From Verrucomicrobiia bacterium (GTDB lineage: Bacteria > Verrucomicrobiota > Verrucomicrobiia > Limisphaerales > UBA1319): a stretch of 64,000 nt of DNA. The notes below the pieces were generated by a model that saw only the letters and a list, made by a program, of their open reading frames with translations, had not been told where the DNA came from and made no database searches. The position numbers were made by a program, and so were the translations under genes. Positions 58,195 through 64,000 of this stretch are shown here, piece after piece. Where the stretch lies: contig OY760937.1 in NCBI GenBank assembly GCA_963664225.1, forward strand, positions 5,056,001 to 5,120,000, written 5' to 3'. Position 1 is the stretch's first letter. Each line of letters starts with the position of its first letter.

Positions 58195-59514
58195 TTACAG
58201 CAATTGCGTCTTGCCTGGAATATAGACCGGATAACTGCCATCAGGGCCGGGCTTGACGGGAGGTTCCATGCCATCGTGACAATCCTCAGGACGCGGAGCG
58301 AAACTGAAGTCCGAGTTGGAAATCTGGTCCCAGGTCACTTCCTTGCCGGTGTAGCAGGATATCTGACCCATGATGCCCATGAGCGTGCTATGCGCCATGT
58401 AATCGCCATTATTGATGGGGTTTCCAGAGCGGATCGCCGCAAAAAGCCGGTCATGCTCGATTTGATAGGGATCGGCCTTGCCTTCCCAGGCCCAGTTTTT
58501 CGCACCCCAGATGCGGGAGCCCATGATCGAGGCCTTGCCTTTGGAGCCCAGGACGATGCTGGAGTATTCGTCGTAGCAGCCGGTGGTGGTCCGGCAAAAG
58601 GCGTATAAACGGACGCCATTGGCAAATTCGTAGATGGCGGAATGGTGGTCGAACACGTTGCCGTATAGATCCTCAGTCATGGTGGAGCGTCCTCCCAGAC
58701 CGTGGCATTTGACGGGCACGGCTTCCTTCATGGCCCATCGTGCGCGATCCAGATTGTGCACGAGCGACTGCACCACATCGTCGCCGGAGAGCCATGTGAA
58801 GTGGTATTGCGTGCTGCATTGGTATTCGAGTTCGCTCAGGCCGGCCTTGCGATCCTGGACGCCGTAGGGCGCGCGAAGGAAGTTCTCCTCGATGGAAATG
58901 ATCTCCCCGATTTCGCCATCCTGAATGCGTTGGACGGTTTCCGCGTAGCCGGGATGATAACGGCTGTGAAGGCCTGACACGATGCAGAGCTTCTTTTGTT
59001 TGGCCAGTTCACAGGCGGCCTTGAGGGTCTTAATGCCCGCCGGGTCGATGCCATGGGGTTTTTCAACAAAAACATGTTTGCCGGCCTCGATGGCGGCTTT
59101 GGCGTGGAATGGATGAAATTTTGCCGCGTTGGCGATCAGGACGACGTCTGATGACTCGATGACTTTCTTGTAACCATCGAAACCGGGGAAACAATGGTCA
59201 TCATCGACTGCCATCTGGCCGGGCTTGTTTTTCTTCACGTTCTCGCGCTGGGCCTGGATGCGGTCCATGAAGATGTCGCACATGGCGACCAGCTTTGCGC
59301 CCGGGTCGGCGGTCAATGCCTGCAGGATCGCGCCGCCATTGCGTCCGCCGCAGCCGATCATCCCCACACGCAGGGTATCGTTGCCGGCGGCATGGGCGTC
59401 CTGGCTGATATCCAGATGGCCGACTGCAGCCGCAGATGCGAGCAGGGCGGAAGTTTTGAGGAAATTGCGGCGAGTCGCCTGCCGCCCAATGGTTGAGTGG
59501 GGTTGGTTGTTCAT
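58195..59514 (-). CDS. Tat-exported Gfo/Idh/MocA family oxidoreductase
   Basis: TRRNFLK signal; IGCGGR, GKHVFVEKP, WLSGD..HNLD; start ATG 59514. Confidence 0.92.
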   Translation of the reverse strand: MNNQPHSTIGRQATRRNFLKTSALLASAAAVGHLDISQDAHAAGNDTLRVGMIGCGGRNGGAILQALTADPGAKLVAMCDIFMDRIQAQRENVKKNKPGQMAVDDDHCFPGFDGYKKVIESSDVVLIANAAKFHPFHAKAAIEAGKHVFVEKPHGIDPAGIKTLKAACELAKQKKLCIVSGLHSRYHPGYAETVQRIQDGEIGEIISIEENFLRAPYGVQDRKAGLSELEYQCSTQYHFTWLSGDDVVQSLVHNLDRARWAMKEAVPVKCHGLGGRSTMTEDLYGNVFDHHSAIYEFANGVRLYAFCRTTTGCYDEYSSIVLGSKGKASIMGSRIWGAKNWAWEGKADPYQIEHDRLFAAIRSGNPINNGDYMAHSTLMGIMGQISCYTGKEVTWDQISNSDFSFAPRPEDCHDGMEPPVKPGPDGSYPVYIPGKTQLL

Positions 59515-59641
59515 AATGCTGGAGACGGGAAAAACTCTGCAAATACGCCGGGCGGGAGTCAAGACATCCGATAGGGAGAATACGCCGTGGAAGATTTCAA
59601 GGATTGAACCCCAATGAAATGATCAGTAGGTTTATTTGCAT

Positions 59642-62600
59642 ATGCACGTTGATTTCCAAAAACACTTCGGAAGAAGTGTCGCTTGTTTGTGCTTCCTTGT
59701 TTGCATGGCCGGGATTGCCGGCACGTCGATGGCGCAAAACGTGACCATCAGCGAGTTCATGGCTCTGAATACTTCCACTTTGAAGGATGAGGATGGGGCC
59801 TACTCCGACTGGCTGGAACTGGCCAACAGCGATTCGCAGTCGATCGATTTGCAGGGCTGGTACCTAACGGATGACAGGGCGGTTCTGACCAAATGGTCGT
59901 TCCCAAAGAGAGTTTTGAAAGCGGGCGAATATTTGGTGGTCTTTGCCTCGGGCAAGGACCGGACGGCGGAGACGGGCAATCTGCACACCAATTTCCGGCT
60001 CAACGGCAGTGGAGGGTATCTGGCGTTGGTGGAACCCGATGGCCGGACCGTGCATAGCGAATATGCGCCTTATCCGGCGCAAAAAGCGGATTATTCGTAT
60101 GGGGCGCGATTTACTCAGAACGTCAATACGCTGATTGGAGAAGGAGCGCTGGCGAACATACTCATTCCGACAAACAGCATCGAGGGTTCGAATTGGACCG
60201 GTGGGCAGGAGCCTTTCAACGATTCTGGATGGATGACGGGCCTGAATGGGATTGGCTATCAAACGAGGGTGGAGGGTTTCAATGTGACCTGCATCAAAGC
60301 CAACAACCTGGTCGAGGATATTGGGATGGCGGAGGAGGTGCTGGCAACGCCAACGCTGCAAGCGAGTGTGGCCACTGAGAGCATTGGGGTCATCGATTAT
60401 ATAAATACAACCGACACGGGCCATTATTCGGTGGACCGTCCGTTCCCTGGAACAATCTCCGGGGTGGAATCCGATGATTTCGTGGTGTTGGCCACGGCTC
60501 AAGTCACCATACCTGCAGCCGGGGATAGGACATTTGGAGTCACAAGCGATGACGGATTTGCCCTTCAAATATCACGAGGCACCAATCAGTTTAATTCCAG
60601 TTATCCAAGCCCGAGAGGGATGACCGACACGCTGGCTACATTCACATTTCCTGAAGCGGGCGAGTATGACTTGCGACTCTCCTTCTATCAGCGGGGTGGG
60701 GGCGCGGGATTGGAATTGTTCGCCGCCGGTGGGGCGTGGGATGCCTGGGATTCCACGAATTTTCACCTGGTGGGAGATGTTGCGGCAGGAGGGCTTACGG
60801 TACGTTCACTGCCCGCTTCGGGCCTGTCGGGTTTGAGCATTTCTGACTTCATCCAGACCGATTTGAGCGCCGCCATGGAGAACCGGGCTCCCGGGGCCTA
60901 TATGAGGATTCCATTCAGCGTCCAGGATTTGGCAACCTTCGGGCCATTGTTTTTGGAAATGCGCTATAACGACGGATTCGTTGCGTATCTCAACGGGACA
61001 GAAATCGCGCGACGGAATGCCCCGGATGCGGTTGCGTTCGATTCCACCGCGGTGACCAATCGCGCAACGAAATTTGTGCTTGAGGCTGAGCGCATCAATA
61101 TCTCCTCGTTCGAAAGCGTGCTGAAGCCTGGCACGAACATCCTGGCGATTCACGGTCTGAATGATCTTGTGAACAGCCCCGATTTCCTGCAAAACGCGGT
61201 CCTGGAGAGTGTGGAGGCGACCTCCAGTGAGGCGGGATTTTTCTATAAGGCGACCCCGGGCGGTCCCAACACGACCAACTTCATGGGCTTCGTGGATGCG
61301 CCTCAATTCAGCGTGTGGCGCGGGTTCTTCCAGTCGCCCTTTGATTTAACGCTGAATTGCGCCACGCCCGACGCAACCATTCGTTACACGACAAATGGGA
61401 GCGCGCCGACGGCGACAAATGGCCTGATTTATGCGAATCCAATTCCGGTCACCCACACGATGGTGGTGCGCGCGGCTGCATTCAAGACGAACTGGAACAC
61501 ATCCCGCATCGAAACGCATACCTACATTTTTCTCGATGACGTCATCAAGCAAACCTACCAAAGTAACATCGCCGCAGGGTTTCCGTCCTCGTGGAATGGC
61601 GTGACGCCCGATTACGGCATGGACCAGCGCGTGGTGGCTCAAAATGGAACGGACCGCTATGGAGGTAAATATGCGCGCGAAATAAAGGACGATTTAAAAG
61701 CAATCCCCACGATGTCCATCGTGATGAATGTGCAGGACATGTTTGGGCCCAATGGAATTTATTCCAATCCATTGAATCGGGGCGCGGCTTGGGAACGCCC
61801 GATTTCGGTCGAACTCATCAATGGCGACGGCGGTGGCGGATTCCAGGAGAACGCCGGTCTGAGTGCTCAAGGCGGGGCGTTCCGCGGATTTAACTTGACG
61901 CCCAAGAAGTCGTTCAGGCTTGTGTTCAAATCCATGTATGGCGCGGGAAAGCTGCACTATCCGTTTTTCGGCCCCAACGCGACGGATCAAATCGACAGCC
62001 TGACCTTGCGGGCTAATAATAACGACGGTTATCAATGGGACTCCGCTGCCGGCAAGGCGCTGTATATCCGGGACGCCTTCGCGCACACGACCGCGGGGGA
62101 AATGGGAATGGTGGCCGCGCACACGACCTACGTGCATCTTTACATCAATGGTTTTTACTGGGGCCTGTACAACCCCGTGGAGCGGCCGGACGCGGCATTT
62201 GCCTCAACTTATATGGGGGGGCAAAAAGAGAACTGGGACGCAATCAACCAGGATTCCGCGCCGGATGGGAATTACGACGCGTGGAACCGGATGCTGGCCA
62301 TTGCGAACAGCGGTCTGCTCAACAAAACGAACTACCAGCGGATTCAAGGAAACAATCCTGATGGCACGCGCAATCCAGCTTACGAAAACCTGTTGAATGT
62401 GGACAACCTGATTGATTACATGATCATCAATTTGTACGGAGGCAACATGGATTGGCCCTGGCGCAACTGGTATGCGGCCCGCGACCGGACCGGCAGCGAA
62501 GGCTTCCGGTTTTTCCCATGGGATACCGAGGCCACAATGGATTTGTTTGGCGCGGACATTAATATCGATCGCACCTCGGTTTCCGGAAACGTTACCACGC

Positions 62601-64000
62601 CGTATGCCGCGGCCAAGACCAATCCTGATTTCCGGATGAAATTTGCGGATCATGTGTACAAGCACTTTTTCAACGGCGGCGTGTATTATGTGGATGCGCA
62701 AAATCCAAATTGGAATCCGGCGTATCCGGAGCGCAACCGGCCTGCGGCGCGCTTTGCCTCCCTGGCGGACAAAGTGGAAAAGGCGATGGTGGGTGAGTCC
62801 GCCCGATGGGGGGATCAACATGTGGGCGCTTCGACACTGCCTTACACCAGGGACGAGCATTGGGCGGTGGAAAAAACAAACCTTCTTAGAAATTGGTTTC
62901 CCCGCCGGTCCGCCATCGTGTTGCAACAGTTTAAGAATGCCGGTTTGTATCCAAGGACCGATCCGCCGGAATTCAACCAGCGCGGTGGCAAGGTGCCAGC
63001 AGGATTTCAGCTCACAATGACCGCGTCCAACGGGGTGGTCTATTACACGACGAACGGACTGGATCCTCGTGGCGCGATGCTCGCCGAGGAGGTTTTTCAC
63101 GTGACGCTGGCCAGCAATAGCGCGCCGAAGAAGGTTTTGGTGCCCTCGCAGGCCAATGGCGGAGCGAGCCTGGGCACGGACTGGCGGGGCGGCATTGAAC
63201 CGTTCGACGATACCCTCTGGACTGCCGGAACCGGCGGGGTGGGGTATGATCGCGACACGACATACCTGAGCTTCATCCAGACGGATATCAAAGCAGCGAT
63301 GGATAACAAAAATGGTTCCGTCTTTATCCGCATTCCGTTTTTCCTGGATGCGACAAATCGGGCGCGGCTTAACACCATGACATTGCGCGTTCGATACGAC
63401 GATGGATTTGTGGCCTTCCTGAATGGGGTCAAAATCATGTCGGCCAATGAGCCGGCATCGTTGACCTGGGACGCGTTTTCATCGGCGCAAAATGCGGATT
63501 CCGCGGCTGTACTTTACGAGGATTTCAAGGTGGACTCCATGACGGCGGCCCTCAAGCCAGGCACGAATATTCTGGCCATTCAAGGGTTGAACCTTGCGCT
63601 GTCCAGCACGGATTTTCTCATCGACGCGGAATTGGTGGCGGGTCAGATCCAATCGCTGCCTGGGACCAATGTTGCCATGGTCTATACGCAGGCGGTCGTT
63701 TTAAGCGACTTTGCGAACATCAAGGCGCGCGTGCTCAATGGCACTGAATGGAGCGCGTTGAATGAAGCCCGGTTTATTGTCGGTTCGCCCGCGCTGACCA
63801 TCAGCGAGATTCATTATCATCCTTCGGATCCCAACGCGGCGGAAATGGCGGCTGGATTCACCAACGCGAACGATTTTGAGTTTGTCGAGTTTAAGAACAC
63901 CGGCACCGAGACGTATGACCTGACGGATGTGGTTCTGGTTTCTGGAATCCAGTTTGCATTTGCGGGATCGGCAGTGACCAATCTTTCGCCGGGCGGTTAT
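59642..64000 (+). CDS. Large secreted lamin-tail-domain / PA14-like / Fn3-associated / CotH kinase protein, 3' end outside window
   Basis: Not in the ORF track. Manual translation from ATG 59642: signal, VTISEFMALN..SDWLEL..LHTNF (LTD); SDDGF (PA14-like); IRYTTNGS.P; HLYINGFYWGLYNPVER..DWPWRNW..FFPWDTE (CotH); second LTD ISEIHYHP near 63800 in the same frame. Confidence 0.88.
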   Translation, partial: MHVDFQKHFGRSVACLCFLVCMAGIAGTSMAQNVTISEFMALNTSTLKDEDGAYSDWLELANSDSQSIDLQGWYLTDDRAVLTKWSFPKRVLKAGEYLVVFASGKDRTAETGNLHTNFRLNGSGGYLALVEPDGRTVHSEYAPYPAQKADYSYGARFTQNVNTLIGEGALANILIPTNSIEGSNWTGGQEPFNDSGWMTGLNGIGYQTRVEGFNVTCIKANNLVEDIGMAEEVLATPTLQASVATESIGVIDYINTTDTGHYSVDRPFPGTISGVESDDFVVLATAQVTIPAAGDRTFGVTSDDGFALQISRGTNQFNSSYPSPRGMTDTLATFTFPEAGEYDLRLSFYQRGGGAGLELFAAGGAWDAWDSTNFHLVGDVAAGGLTVRSLPASGLSGLSISDFIQTDLSAAMENRAPGAYMRIPFSVQDLATFGPLFLEMRYNDGFVAYLNGTEIARRNAPDAVAFDSTAVTNRATKFVLEAERINISSFESVLKPGTNILAIHGLNDLVNSPDFLQNAVLESVEATSSEAGFFYKATPGGPNTTNFMGFVDAPQFSVWRGFFQSPFDLTLNCATPDATIRYTTNGSAPTATNGLIYANPIPVTHTMVVRAAAFKTNWNTSRIETHTYIFLDDVIKQTYQSNIAAGFPSSWNGVTPDYGMDQRVVAQNGTDRYGGKYAREIKDDLKAIPTMSIVMNVQDMFGPNGIYSNPLNRGAAWERPISVELINGDGGGGFQENAGLSAQGGAFRGFNLTPKKSFRLVFKSMYGAGKLHYPFFGPNATDQIDSLTLRANNNDGYQWDSAAGKALYIRDAFAHTTAGEMGMVAAHTTYVHLYINGFYWGLYNPVERPDAAFASTYMGGQKENWDAINQDSAPDGNYDAWNRMLAIANSGLLNKTNYQRIQGNNPDGTRNPAYENLLNVDNLIDYMIINLYGGNMDWPWRNWYAARDRTGSEGFRFFPWDTEATMDLFGADINIDRTSVSGNVTTPYAAAKTNPDFRMKFADHVYKHFFNGGVYYVDAQNPNWNPAYPERNRPAARFASLADKVEKAMVGESARWGDQHVGASTLPYTRDEHWAVEKTNLLRNWFPRRSAIVLQQFKNAGLYPRTDPPEFNQRGGKVPAGFQLTMTASNGVVYYTTNGLDPRGAMLAEEVFHVTLASNSAPKKVLVPSQANGGASLGTDWRGGIEPFDDTLWTAGTGGVGYDRDTTYLSFIQTDIKAAMDNKNGSVFIRIPFFLDATNRARLNTMTLRVRYDDGFVAFLNGVKIMSANEPASLTWDAFSSAQNADSAAVLYEDFKVDSMTAALKPGTNILAIQGLNLALSSTDFLIDAELVAGQIQSLPGTNVAMVYTQAVVLSDFANIKARVLNGTEWSALNEARFIVGSPALTISEIHYHPSDPNAAEMAAGFTNANDFEFVEFKNTGTETYDLTDVVLVSGIQFAFAGSAVTNLSPGGY

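Noticed and set aside
59800..63447. Many short ORFs listed in the track
   Set aside because: All overlap the single long plus-strand LTD/CotH frame starting at 59642, which the track omits because it has no stop in the window.

Overview
Gene-dense, moderately GC-rich bacterial chromosomal window. Gene content points to Verrucomicrobiota (Pedosphaera/Limisphaera-like), an inference from an H-X9-DG prepilin protein, a lamin-tail/CotH protein, many Tat-signal Gfo/Idh/MocA and TIM-barrel enzymes, and secreted proteins ending in a ..STxDL..W..YR motif. Housekeeping genes are holA, tadA, hemB, an rsmH paralog, fabI, ccsA/resB, rho and queA. An L-arabinose pathway is split into two loci: ROK regulator-FucI-family isomerase-SSS transporter-GH51, and araB-araD about 25 kb downstream. 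There is one complete IS1634-family element with a 6-bp target duplication and several large modular secreted proteins. Two long genes run off the window edges and are missing from the ORF track (<1-650 minus; 59642->64000 plus). Most notable observations: (i) a tightly coupled five-gene Tat/Fe-S membrane redox operon (53045-58088) resembling NapGH but with no recognisable catalytic subunit; (ii) a shared palindromic operator linking the two arabinose loci, with a FucI-family enzyme apparently standing in for AraA; (iii) a LMW-phosphatase-RpiB-GlyA triple fusion coupled to a Rho with a long disordered N-terminus and preceded by a structured leader; (iv) a secreted protein with a nested domain-in-domain architecture. 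No rRNA, tRNA or CRISPR array was seen. All assignments come from motif recognition by eye; no searches were run.
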